A DNA stretch of 47,189 nt, taken from the NCBI GenBank assembly GCA_964546195.1, contig CAZJJC010000233.1, forward strand, positions 1-47,189, written 5' to 3'. This document shows positions 38,649 through 47,189 of the stretch, in pieces. The notes beneath the pieces are model-generated. The model saw nothing but the letters and a program-made list of their open reading frames with translations, had not been told where the DNA came from and ran no database searches. A program made the position numbers and the translations under genes. The stretch's first letter is position 1. Each line of letters begins with the position of its first letter. Source of the stretch: an uncultured Enterobacteriaceae bacterium. Lineage in GTDB: Bacteria > Pseudomonadota > Gammaproteobacteria > Burkholderiales > SG8-39.

Positions 38649-40076
38649 TTAGCGTTTTTCCTGGGCGAAGGCGGTACGCAGCTCCTTCAGGCGGGCGTCG
38701 ACCACGGACAGCTGGTAGAAGTCCCCGTCGCCGGCACTGCGCGCCAGCTGGAGCTGCTCTATGGCGGCGGGCACGCTGCCCTGCAGGGCGTAGTACTCGG
38801 CCTGCGCCTGGTGCTGCAGCAGCCGCTTTCCGAGCGCCGCGTACGATTTTGACTGCAGCGCGCGCAGCCGCGGGTCTCCCGGGTGCGCGCGCACCGCGTC
38901 CATCAGCATGCCGGCGGCCTGCTCGTGGCGCGCAAGCTCCTGCAGCGCGGCCACATGCGCATAAAGCACCGGACGCGAGTAAGGGTAGCGCGCGCGCGCT
39001 TCGGCGAGCAGCTTGTGCGCGCCGGCGGGGTCGCCGAGGGCCTGCCGTACCCTGGCCTCGAGCGTCCTGATCATCGGCCCGCCCACGCCGGTTTTGCGAA
39101 GGCGCGCCATCTCGGCGGAGGCGTCCTTCGCGCGCCTCGCGCGCAGCAGGGCGTTCACCAGTCCATAGCGCCCCGCGGCCTCGTTGGCGTAGCGGCCGTC
39201 GCGCACCGCGCCCTCGAAGTGCGACACCGCCTCGCCCGCGTCGCCCGCCTCGGCCCGCAGCTTCGCGCGCACCAGATGGAACTCCGCGCTGTCCAGATGC
39301 TGCCGGTAGGGCAGGCCGGCGACCCGGTTCTGGGCGTCCGCGATGCGCTCGGTGCTCATCGGGTGGGTGCGCAGGTAGCCCGGCAGCGTGCCGTCGTCGG
39401 CCACGCGCTGCATGCGCTGCATCTTCTCGAAGAAGGAGGCCATGGCGCGCGCGTCGAAGCCGGCATCGGCGAGCGCCTGCAGGCCGACGCGGTCGGCGTC
39501 GCGCTCGAAGTCGCGCGTGTAGGCGAGCTGCGCCGAGACCGCGCCGGCCTGGGTCGCGGCGGCCGCGCCCGCGGCGAGGTCGGGACGCGAGCGGCCGAGG
39601 AGGATCGCAGCGGCGAGCGCCGCCAGCACCGGCAGCTGCATCTGCTGCTGCTGGCCGAGCATGCGCGCGATATGGCGTTGCGTGACGTGCGCGATCTCGT
39701 GCGCCAGCACCCCGGCGAGCTGCGACTCGGTCTCGGCCGCGTTGAGCAGACCCGTGTGCACGCCGACGAAGCCCCCCGGCAGGGCGAAAGCGTTGATCGC
39801 GGGGTCGCGCACCGCGAAGAACTCGAAATCCTGCCGCGCGCCCGGGGTCACCTGGGACAGGCGCGTGCCGAGCAGGCCAAGGTACTCCGAGATCTCCGGA
39901 TCGTCGATGAACTGGGGATCGCGCCGCATGTCGCGCACGATGCTTTCCCCCAACCGCCGCTCGACCTGCGGCGACAGCGCAGCATCGCCGCTGCCCCCGA
40001 GATCCGGCAGCGGCTGCCCGGCTGCGCTCGCCGGAATAAGCATGGACAAAGCAGTCAGAAGGGCGATGGCCCGCAT
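38649..40076 (-). CDS. periplasmic M48 metalloprotease with TPR domain (BepA/YfgC-like)
   Basis: Starts at the internal ATG (MRAIALLTALSMLIPASAAG signal peptide). HEIAHV zinc motif, then a C-terminal TPR-like helical region. Confidence 0.88.
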   Translation of the reverse strand: MRAIALLTALSMLIPASAAGQPLPDLGGSGDAALSPQVERRLGESIVRDMRRDPQFIDDPEISEYLGLLGTRLSQVTPGARQDFEFFAVRDPAINAFALPGGFVGVHTGLLNAAETESQLAGVLAHEIAHVTQRHIARMLGQQQQMQLPVLAALAAAILLGRSRPDLAAGAAAATQAGAVSAQLAYTRDFERDADRVGLQALADAGFDARAMASFFEKMQRMQRVADDGTLPGYLRTHPMSTERIADAQNRVAGLPYRQHLDSAEFHLVRAKLRAEAGDAGEAVSHFEGAVRDGRYANEAAGRYGLVNALLRARRAKDASAEMARLRKTGVGGPMIRTLEARVRQALGDPAGAHKLLAEARARYPYSRPVLYAHVAALQELARHEQAAGMLMDAVRAHPGDPRLRALQSKSYAALGKRLLQHQAQAEYYALQGSVPAAIEQLQLARSAGDGDFYQLSVVDARLKELRTAFAQEKR

Positions 40077-40098
40077 GCGATTATGATAACGCCTCTCA

Positions 40099-40590
40099 AT
40101 GGGAAGAAAACTGCAGGCAAGAAAACTGAGCCACTTCGACCCCAAGGGCGCTGCCCACATGGTCGACGTAGGCGCGAAAGACAGCACCCCGCGCAGGGCG
40201 ATCGCTACCGGCCGCATCCGCATGCAGCCCGCCACCTTTCGGCTGGTCGCCGGCGGCAAGGCGAGCAAGGGCGATGTGCTCGGCGTCGCGCGCATCGCGG
40301 CGATCCAGGCCGCCAAGCGCACGCCCGAGCTCATTCCGCTTGCCCATCCGCTGGCGCTCACGCGCGTCGCGGTGGACTTCGAACTGGAGCAGAAGCGCTC
40401 TACGGTCGTCATCCGCGTGCAGGTGGAGTGCCGCGGCCAGACCGGCGTGGAGATGGAGGCGCTCACCGCGGCGGCGGTCGGCTTGCTCACCATCTACGAC
40501 ATGGTGAAAGCCGCGGATCGCGGCATGATTGTGAGCGAAGTGCGCCTGGAGGAGAAAGCCGGAGGAAAATCAGGGGTATTTCGCCGCTAG
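40099..40590 (+). CDS. moaC: cyclic pyranopterin monophosphate synthase
   Basis: 163-aa ORF with [44 protein letters not shown] and GVEMEALTA. Confidence 0.93.
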   Translation: MGRKLQARKLSHFDPKGAAHMVDVGAKDSTPRRAIATGRIRMQPATFRLVAGGKASKGDVLGVARIAAIQAAKRTPELIPLAHPLALTRVAVDFELEQKRSTVVIRVQVECRGQTGVEMEALTAAAVGLLTIYDMVKAADRGMIVSEVRLEEKAGGKSGVFRR

Positions 40591-40665
40591 AATACGCCTC
40601 CAGGCGCTGCCCCGCCTGATCGGCGTCCAAGGGGATTCCGGCATTTCGCCGTAGAGTGGCAGCGC

Positions 40666-41946
40666 ATGAAGGCCACGCTCAAGCTCCTCGCCTCGCTCGT
40701 CGTAGTCGCCGCCGTCGCCGCGGGCGCATGGTATTGGTGGCAATCGCGCACCGGCGAGGGCGAGATGAAATACCGCCTCGCCAAGGTCGAGCGCGGCCCC
40801 ATGGCGGCCGTGGTGGCAGCGAGCGGCACGCTGAACGCGGTCACGACGGTGCAGGTCGGCTCGCAGATTTCCGGCCAGGTCAAGGAGATCCACGCCGACT
40901 TCAACACCCCCGTGAAGAAGGGCCAGGTGATCGCTCGCATAGATCCCGCGACCTACGAGCTGCGCGTCAACCAGGCGCGCGCCGACCTGGATGCCGCCGA
41001 GAGCGCCGTGGCGGTGGCGCGCTCGGGCCTGGCGGCGCAGCAGGCGGAAGTGGGGCGCGTGAAGATCGCCCTGGTCGACGCCGAGCGCGACCTCGAGCGC
41101 AAGAAAATGCTGGTGGACAAGAAGTTCATCTCGCCGGCGGAGCTCGACAAGGCGCGCACCGTGCTCGACACCACGCGCGAGGAGCTCAAGGCGGTCCAGG
41201 CCCAGATCCAGGTGAGCGAGGCCCAGGTGCGCACCGCGCTCGCCGCGGTGAAGCAGCGCGAGTCGCTGTTGCGGCAGGCGCAGGTGGACCTCGAGCGCAC
41301 CATCATCCGCGCGCCCGTGGACGGCACGGTGATCCTGCGCAACGTCGACGCCGGGCAGACCGTGGCGGCAAGCCTCCAGGCGCCGGTGCTCTTCACCATC
41401 GCGCAGGATCTGCGCGACATGCAGGTGGAAGCGGCGATCGACGAGGCCGACGTCGGCCGCCTGCGCGCGTCCATGCCGGCGAGCTTCGCGGTGGATGCCT
41501 TCCCGCGGCGCAGCTTCAGCGGCGAGATCCGGCAGATCCGCAAATCGCCGCAGAACGTGCAGAACGTGGTGAGCTACACCGTGGTCATCTCGGCGCGCAA
41601 CCCGGACCTTGCGCTGCTGCCGGGCATGACCGCCAACGTGCGCATCGTGGTCGAGGACCGCGCCAGCGCCCTGAAGGTGCCCAATGCGGCGCTGCGCTGG
41701 CGTCCGGCCGACGCCGCAGCCCCCGCCGACTTGCCGAAGACGCGGCCGCGCGAACGGCGCTCGAGCGTCTACGTGCTGGACGACGGCGGGCCCAGGGCGC
41801 TCGAGGTGCAGCTCGGCCTCAACGACGGCTCGAGCACCGAGATCGTCGGCGGGGCGCTCGCCGAAGGCGCCGAGGTGATCGTCGGCGTGACCGGCCCCGG
41901 CTCCGGCGCAGCCGGCGGCGGCTTCCCGCGCGGCCGCTTCTTCTGA
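40666..41946 (+). CDS. efflux transporter periplasmic adaptor (HlyD/MacA-like)
   Basis: N-terminal TM, a coiled-coil hairpin region, and beta-barrel segments (IRAPVDGTVILRNVDAGQTV). 426 aa. Confidence 0.88.
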   Translation: MKATLKLLASLVVVAAVAAGAWYWWQSRTGEGEMKYRLAKVERGPMAAVVAASGTLNAVTTVQVGSQISGQVKEIHADFNTPVKKGQVIARIDPATYELRVNQARADLDAAESAVAVARSGLAAQQAEVGRVKIALVDAERDLERKKMLVDKKFISPAELDKARTVLDTTREELKAVQAQIQVSEAQVRTALAAVKQRESLLRQAQVDLERTIIRAPVDGTVILRNVDAGQTVAASLQAPVLFTIAQDLRDMQVEAAIDEADVGRLRASMPASFAVDAFPRRSFSGEIRQIRKSPQNVQNVVSYTVVISARNPDLALLPGMTANVRIVVEDRASALKVPNAALRWRPADAAAPADLPKTRPRERRSSVYVLDDGGPRALEVQLGLNDGSSTEIVGGALAEGAEVIVGVTGPGSGAAGGGFPRGRFF

Positions 41947-41951
41947 TTGCG

Positions 41952-42614
41952 ATGCTGATCCGCACGCGCGAGCTGGCGAAGGTGTACCGCATGGGCGAAA
42001 GCGAGGTGCACGCGCTGGCCGGCGTAAGCGTCGACATCGATAGCGGCGAGTTCGTGGCCGTGACCGGGCCCTCCGGGTCGGGCAAGTCGACCTTCATGAA
42101 TCTCCTCGGCTGCCTCGACCGCCCGAGCAGCGGCGAGTACCGGCTTGGCGGCAAGGCGGTCTCGTCCATGGACGGCGACGAGCTCGCCCGCACGCGCAAC
42201 CGCCAGATCGGCTTCGTGTTCCAGCACTTCAACCTGCTCGGGCGCACCTCGGCGGTGGAGAATGTGGCGCTGCCGCTCGTCTATGCCGGCGTGCAAAAGA
42301 GGGAACGAACCGAAAAAGCCATGCGCGTCCTGGAGCGCGTCGGCCTGGCGGATCGCGCGCAGCATCACCCCGCCCAGCTGTCCGGCGGGCAGCAGCAGCG
42401 CGTCGCCATTGCGCGCGCGCTGGTATCCGAACCGCTGCTGATCCTTGCCGACGAGCCCACGGGCGCGCTAGACACGCGCACCAGCCAGGACATCATGGCC
42501 CTGTTCCAGGAGCTGAACCGCCAGGGCATGACGGTTGTGGTGGTGACGCATGAGCCCGAAGTCGCCCGCTTCGCGCGGCGCGAGCTGCACTTTCGCGACG
42601 GCAGGACCGAGTGA
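41952..42614 (+). CDS. ABC transporter ATP-binding protein (MacB/LolD-type)
   Basis: Walker [10 protein letters not shown], signature [15 protein letters not shown], Walker [13 protein letters not shown]. Confidence 0.92.
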   Translation: MLIRTRELAKVYRMGESEVHALAGVSVDIDSGEFVAVTGPSGSGKSTFMNLLGCLDRPSSGEYRLGGKAVSSMDGDELARTRNRQIGFVFQHFNLLGRTSAVENVALPLVYAGVQKRERTEKAMRVLERVGLADRAQHHPAQLSGGQQQRVAIARALVSEPLLILADEPTGALDTRTSQDIMALFQELNRQGMTVVVVTHEPEVARFARRELHFRDGRTE

Positions 42615-43843
42615 GCCTCGGCGCGCTGCTCCACATAGCGCTGCGCGCGCTTGCCATCAACAAGCTGCGCAGCGCGCTCACCATGCTCGGCATCGTCATC
42701 GGGGTGGGCGCGGTCATCGTGATGATCGCGGTGGGCGCGGGCGCGCAGGCACGCGTCGAGGAGCAGATCCGCGCGCTCGGCTCGAACCTCCTGCTCATCA
42801 TGTCGGGGGCCCGCACCCAAGGCGGCGTGCGCCTGCCGCAGGGCTCGAGCCAGACGCTGTCGGAGGACGACGCGCTCGCCATCAACCAGGAGCTCCCCGA
42901 CGCGCTCGCCGCGCCGGCGCTGCGCGGCGGCGCCCAGGTGGTGTCGGGCAACGCCAACTGGTCGACCCAGATCTACGGCACCACGCCGGAATACCTCCAG
43001 GTGCGCGAGTGGCCGCTCGCTTCAGGACGCAATTTCAGCGCGGCGGAGATGTCGGGCGCGGGCAAGGTCTGCCTGCTCGGCGCCACGGTGGTGCGCGAGC
43101 TCTTCGGCGGCGCCGACCCGATCGACGAGGTGATCCGCATCAAGCGCGTGCCCTTCACCGTGATCGGTGTACTGGAAACCAAGGGCCAGAGCCTCATGGG
43201 CAGCGACCAGGACGACATCATCGTGGTGCCGATCAGCGCCGCGCGCAGCCGCGTGCTCGGCGCGCCTGCTCAGGCGCGAAGCCGCGCGGTCAGCACCATC
43301 TGGGTCAAGGTGGCCGAGGGCACCGACACCAAGGAGGCCGAGCAGCAGGTGCGCCTCCTCCTGCGCCAGCGCCACCGCCTGCAGCCCGGGGCGGACGACG
43401 ACTTCTCGCTGCGCAACCTCGCCGAGGTGATGGCGGCGCGGGAGGCTTCCAGCCGCGTGCTCGCGCTGCTGCTCGCCGCGGTGGCTTCGGTATCGCTGCT
43501 GGTCGGCGGCATCGGCATCATGAACATCATGCTGGTCTCGGTGACCGAGCGCACGCGCGAGATCGGCCTGCGCATGGCGCTCGGCGCGCGCACCCGCGAC
43601 ATCCTCGGCCAGTTCCTGGTCGAGGCGGTGACCCTCTCGCTCATCGGCGGGCTGGTGGGCGTGGCGCTGGGCATCGCCGGCGCGACGGCCATCGCCGGCT
43701 TCGCCGGCTGGCGCATCGTGCTGTCGCCCGCGGCGGTCGTCCTCGCGGTCGCCTTCGCCTTCGCCATCGGCGTGTTCTTCGGCTTCTACCCCGCGCGCAA
43801 GGCAGCGGGGCTCAACCCGGTCGAAGCGCTGCGGTTCGAATAG
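42611..43843 (+). CDS. ABC transporter permease (FtsX/MacB-type)
   Basis: GTG start overlaps the upstream stop (GTGA). MacB_PCD-like periplasmic domain, then an FtsX domain ([30 protein letters not shown]). Confidence 0.9.
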   Translation: MSLGALLHIALRALAINKLRSALTMLGIVIGVGAVIVMIAVGAGAQARVEEQIRALGSNLLLIMSGARTQGGVRLPQGSSQTLSEDDALAINQELPDALAAPALRGGAQVVSGNANWSTQIYGTTPEYLQVREWPLASGRNFSAAEMSGAGKVCLLGATVVRELFGGADPIDEVIRIKRVPFTVIGVLETKGQSLMGSDQDDIIVVPISAARSRVLGAPAQARSRAVSTIWVKVAEGTDTKEAEQQVRLLLRQRHRLQPGADDDFSLRNLAEVMAAREASSRVLALLLAAVASVSLLVGGIGIMNIMLVSVTERTREIGLRMALGARTRDILGQFLVEAVTLSLIGGLVGVALGIAGATAIAGFAGWRIVLSPAAVVLAVAFAFAIGVFFGFYPARKAAGLNPVEALRFE

Positions 43844-43862
43844 GCGGTGCCAGAAAACAAAA

Positions 43863-43884
43863 CGCCCCGGACGAATCCGGGGCG
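43863..43884 (-). terminator. rho-independent terminator of the pilin gene
   Basis: The minus strand reads CGCCCCGG-ATTCGT-CCGGGGCG followed by TTTTGTTTTCTG. It lies 74 nt downstream of the pilA stop. Confidence 0.7.
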
Positions 43885-43957
43885 CTTCCAGTTTGCTCGC
43901 GTGCCGCTGGTTCTTGTACAGGCTGCGCGGCGCGCTTTTCCGGTTGCTATTTTTCGA

Positions 43958-44506
43958 TTAGCGGCACTCGCTCGGCACGTACTTCGCGAGCATGCTGCCC
44001 GCCACGATACCGGTGTCCATCGCTCGCGCCGTCGCAGTCGCGTTCGTCGCAGACGCGCATGCCCAGTCGAGGGCACCGGTCACGCCGGCGGCGTAGGAAG
44101 CCGCGAGCTGCGTAAAGGTGGAAGCGCCGCCGGCGACGGCGGGGGGCACGGCGATGTAGGGCGTCAGCACAACCGTATTCTGACCGGCGGCAAGCGCACC
44201 CACGTTGGCGGCGTTGTACGTGATCGTAATCGCGCCGGTAGCCGGTGCGATAGCGATGGTGGACACGTACTTGCTGCTCGGCGGCGTCGCGTTATACGCG
44301 TTAGCGGTCGCAGTGAGCTCGGCCGCGGTCGCGGACCCGGTGCCGATGATCGTCTTCGCGTCGGACGCGATGGACAGACCTTCCGTCACCCGGGCACGCA
44401 CGGTGTAGTCCTGATACGCCGGCAGCGCGACCGCCGCCAGAATGCCGATGATCGCGACCACGATCATCAGTTCGATCAGCGTGAAGCCTTTCTGCAGGTG
44501 TTTCAT
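43958..44506 (-). CDS. pilA: type IV major pilin
   Basis: [34 protein letters not shown] is a class III signal with a prepilin peptidase site. C-terminal Cys pair (WACAS...PSEC). SD GGGAG 5 nt upstream of the start. Confidence 0.92.
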   Translation of the reverse strand: MKHLQKGFTLIELMIVVAIIGILAAVALPAYQDYTVRARVTEGLSIASDAKTIIGTGSATAAELTATANAYNATPPSSKYVSTIAIAPATGAITITYNAANVGALAAGQNTVVLTPYIAVPPAVAGGASTFTQLAASYAAGVTGALDWACASATNATATARAMDTGIVAGSMLAKYVPSECR

Positions 44507-44567
44507 TTGTTGCTCCCTCTCGTCGTTAATAAGGCGGCCGCCTTAGACCGCGACCTGCCCTTCATCC

Positions 44568-44583
44568 TGCAACGTCCATGCCA
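44568..44583 (-). promoter_or_regulatory. sigma54 (-24/-12) promoter for pilA
   Basis: The minus strand reads TGGCATGGACGTTGCA, matching TGGCAC-N5-TTGCW with correct GG/GC spacing. It ends about 60 nt upstream of the pilA ATG. Confidence 0.65.
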
Positions 44584-44647
44584 TGCTTTCGGGGCCTCCA
44601 AATGGCGCTTTTTTGCGACAAAAGTCGCACCCAGGACGCAGGAATCG

Positions 44648-46327
44648 TCAGGTGCTGCCGTTTTTCGTCACTTCGCGGCCGTAGCCGGGGATGACGGATT
44701 CGTCGACCGTGTCGATCTGCTCCGGGTCGAGGAACATCTCCGCGTAGCGCCGGTAGACCTTGCGGCGCACGAATATGTCGAAGAGATCGGGGTCGACATG
44801 GCCGTTCTGCGCCATGCGGCCGAGGATATGCAGCGACTCGGACAGCGACTTGCCTTTCTTGTAGGGCCGGTCCTTGGCGGTGAGCGCCTCGAAGATGTCG
44901 GCGATGCCCATGCAGCGCGCCTGCACCGACATCTGCTCGCGGGTGAGGCCCCTGGGATAGCCCTTGCCGTCCATGCGCTCGTGGTGGCCGCCGGCGTACT
45001 CCGGCACGTTGGCGAGGTGGCGCGGCCAGGGCAGCGCCTCCAGCATCCGGATGGTGGCCACGATGTGGTGGTTGATGATCTTGCGCTCCTCCTCGGTCAG
45101 CGTGCCGTGGCGGATGGTGAGGTTCTTCACCTCGTCCTCGGTGAGGAAGCCCGCCTCGTGGCCGGCGACGTCGCGCCAGCGGTACTGCGCGATGCGGCGC
45201 ACGCGGTCCATGTCGTCGTCGCGCATGCGCTCGGTGCCGACGTTGCACGCGTGCAGGAAGTTGCGGTCGTCGTCGAGCTGGCGCAGCCGCTCGCGCAGGC
45301 GCTTTTCCTCCTCGGAGCGCTCCATCGGCCCGAGCGACAGGCTTTTCCTGAGCGACGCGAGCTCGGCGTCGCGCTTGAGCACCTCGAAGCGCGTGTCGAT
45401 GAGCTGGATGCGGTCGAAAATGGACTCGAGCTTGGTCGCCTTGTCCACCACGTGCACCGGCGTGGTCACCTTGCCACAGTCGTGCAGCAGGCCCGCGATC
45501 TTCAGCTCGTAGCGGTCCTTGTCGGTCATCTCGAAGTCGCGCAGCGGGCCATCGCTCGTCTCGTTGACCGCCTCGGCCAGCAGCATGGTGAGCACCGGCA
45601 CGCGCTGGCAGTGGCCGCCGGTATAGGGCGATTTCTCGTCGATTGCCGTGTTGATCAGGTTGATGAACGACTCGAACAGCTGCTCGAGCTGGTTGATCAG
45701 CATGCGGTTGGTGAGCGCGATGGCCGCCTGCGAGGCGAGCGACTCGGCCAGGCGCTGGTCGGAGGGCGAGAACGCCCCGATCTCGCCGCTGCGCGGGTCG
45801 CGGGCGTTGATCAGCTGCAGCACGCCGATGATTTCGCGCTCATGGTTGCGCATCGGCACCGTAAGGAAGGACTTGGAGCGGTAGCCGGTCTTCTGGTCGA
45901 ACGCGCGCGTGCCCGAGAAGTCGAAGCCCTCCGCCGAATAGGCGTCGGCGATGTTGACCGTCTTGCCGGTGAGCGCGGCGTACGCCGCCACCATGCTGTG
46001 GTTGGGCTTGTCGTCCTTGTAAAGCTGGATCGGGTAGAAGGGCACCGGGTTGCCGGTGGTGCCGCCCAGGTAGTACTTGAGCGAGCTCGTGCGCACGATC
46101 TCAAAACGCAAAGTCCGCTCTTCAGTCAGCCGGTACAGGGTGCCGCCGTCGGCCCGGGTGATCGACTTCGCCGCGGTGAGGATCGTTTCCAGCAGCCGGT
46201 TGATGTCCCGCTCGCCGGAAAGCGAGGCGCCGATCGCGTTGAGCTGCTCCAGGCGCTGGCCCAGGTCGTCCGCGGCCGTGGCTGCGCCGCCGCTGCCGAA
46301 ACCCAGGCTCTCTGTCGTATGCAGCAT
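44648..46327 (-). CDS. GAF-domain HD-GYP phosphodiesterase (c-di-GMP-type)
   Basis: Starts at the internal ATG (MLHTTESLG...), overlapping the upstream stop (TAATG). GAF-like N-terminal half. HD-GYP motifs LLHDCGK and GGHHERMDGKGYPRGL. Confidence 0.9.
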   Translation of the reverse strand: MLHTTESLGFGSGGAATAADDLGQRLEQLNAIGASLSGERDINRLLETILTAAKSITRADGGTLYRLTEERTLRFEIVRTSSLKYYLGGTTGNPVPFYPIQLYKDDKPNHSMVAAYAALTGKTVNIADAYSAEGFDFSGTRAFDQKTGYRSKSFLTVPMRNHEREIIGVLQLINARDPRSGEIGAFSPSDQRLAESLASQAAIALTNRMLINQLEQLFESFINLINTAIDEKSPYTGGHCQRVPVLTMLLAEAVNETSDGPLRDFEMTDKDRYELKIAGLLHDCGKVTTPVHVVDKATKLESIFDRIQLIDTRFEVLKRDAELASLRKSLSLGPMERSEEEKRLRERLRQLDDDRNFLHACNVGTERMRDDDMDRVRRIAQYRWRDVAGHEAGFLTEDEVKNLTIRHGTLTEEERKIINHHIVATIRMLEALPWPRHLANVPEYAGGHHERMDGKGYPRGLTREQMSVQARCMGIADIFEALTAKDRPYKKGKSLSESLHILGRMAQNGHVDPDLFDIFVRRKVYRRYAEMFLDPEQIDTVDESVIPGYGREVTKNGST

Positions 46328-47189
46328 TACTTGATGCACACGGAGCGCACTTCCTTGATGTGCGTCACCCCGGCGAGGCACTTCTCCATGCCGTCCTGCT
46401 TCAGGGTGCGCATCCCGTCGTCCAGGCTTTGCGCCAGTATCTCGGCCACCCGCGCATGCTCCTGGATCAGCTTCTTCAGCTTGTCGTTGGCGACGAGCAG
46501 CTCGTGCAGGCCCAGGCGCCCCTTGAAGCCGCTGCCGCCGCACCGGTCGCAGCCCACGGGTTTGTAGAAGGTGAGCTGCCCTTTGTCGTTGCCGTAGTGC
46601 TTCACCCATTCCTTGTACACGCCCTCCATCGCGCCCTTGGGGTCGGCCTTGAAGCGCGCGGTGCCCATCAGCTCCTCGCAGTACTCGCGCAGGAACGAGG
46701 TGAGCTCGGCCGATTCCGGCGTGTAGGCCTGCTTGCAGCTGCAGATGCGCCTTGCCAGGCGCTGCGCCAGGATGCCGAGCAGGGCGTCGGAGAAGTTGAA
46801 GGGGTCCATGCCCATGTCGAGCAGGCGGGTGATGGACTCGGGCGCCGAGTTGGTATGCAGCGTGGCGAACACCAGGTGGCCGGTGAGCGAGGCCTCGATG
46901 CCGGTGGAGGTGGTCTCCTTGTCGCGCATCTCGCCCACCATGATGATGTCCGGGTCGGCGCGCAGGAACGCCTTCATGACCACCGCGAAGTCCAGGCCCG
47001 CCTTCTTGTTCACCTGCACCTGGCGCAGGCCCTTCTGCGTGATCTCGACCGGGTCTTCCGCGGTCCAGATCTTCATGTCCACCGTGTTGATGAACCCAAG
47101 GGCTGAGTGCAGTGTGGTGGTCTTGCCGGAACCGGTCGGGCCGACCACGAGCGCAATGCCATACGGCTTCCCGAGCAGCGTCTTGAACG
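46327..47189 (-). CDS. GspE/PilB-family secretion or pilus ATPase, C-terminal part (5' end outside the window)
   Basis: The frame is open to the window edge. Walker A GPTGSGKTT, Walker B IIMVGEMRD, His box TGHLVFATLHTN, and a tetracysteine cluster CSCK...CDRCGGSG. Confidence 0.9.
   Translation of the reverse strand, partial: FKTLLGKPYGIALVVGPTGSGKTTTLHSALGFINTVDMKIWTAEDPVEITQKGLRQVQVNKKAGLDFAVVMKAFLRADPDIIMVGEMRDKETTSTGIEASLTGHLVFATLHTNSAPESITRLLDMGMDPFNFSDALLGILAQRLARRICSCKQAYTPESAELTSFLREYCEELMGTARFKADPKGAMEGVYKEWVKHYGNDKGQLTFYKPVGCDRCGGSGFKGRLGLHELLVANDKLKKLIQEHARVAEILAQSLDDGMRTLKQDGMEKCLAGVTHIKEVRSVCIK

Noticed and set aside
44616-44630. Hairpin GCGAC-AAAA-GTCGC just downstream of the HD-GYP stop, considered as a terminator
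   Set aside because: On the transcribed (minus) strand the stem is followed by an A-run rather than a U-run, and the stem is only 5 bp. It is not a convincing intrinsic terminator in either direction.
43847-46567. 906-aa ORF on the plus strand covering the pilA and HD-GYP region
   Set aside because: It is antisense to two well-supported genes (a pilin with a class III signal peptide, and GAF/HD-GYP). The composition is dominated by R/A/G/V/H, it runs through an intergenic promoter region, and it has no motifs.

Overview
GC-rich chromosomal segment whose gene content and synteny look betaproteobacterial: ilvI-ilvH-ilvC-psd-pssA ... leuA, an ECF sigma-DUF3619-DUF3106-RDD cassette, and lptG-lptF <> pepA-holC-valS. 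I call about 50 protein-coding genes. They are tightly packed, and many are joined by 1-4 nt NTGA/TAATG overlaps or by overlapping convergent 3' ends. I saw no rRNA or tRNA genes, CRISPR arrays, transposases or integrases, so this is mostly core genome. Housekeeping content includes a glycogen cluster (glgP, glgX, a short glgC-like gene, glgA), pyrF, branched-chain amino-acid genes, phospholipid genes, LPS export permeases, pepA/holC/valS, moaC, a MacAB-like efflux system and a sigma54-type pilin gene. The most interesting items are: (1) a non-canonical toxin-antitoxin-like pair at 3372-4467, a small RHH-like protein plus an AbiEii/DUF1814-family nucleotidyltransferase, behind a palindromic operator and a probably leaderless promoter; (2) a MoaD/ThiS-like GG protein plus a cytoplasmic BNR beta-propeller inserted between wrbA and a DUF2069 gene, with no E1 partner in the window; (3) a GspE-family ATPase translationally coupled to a GAF/HD-GYP phosphodiesterase directly upstream of the pilin gene. 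Smaller oddities are a GlgC lacking its C-terminal domain, TusA-like and thioredoxin-like ORFs that appear internally deleted, a Leu-rich mini-ORF ahead of leuA, two tandem repeats, and a holC with no canonical start codon. All family assignments come from motif recognition in the supplied translations, not from database searches.
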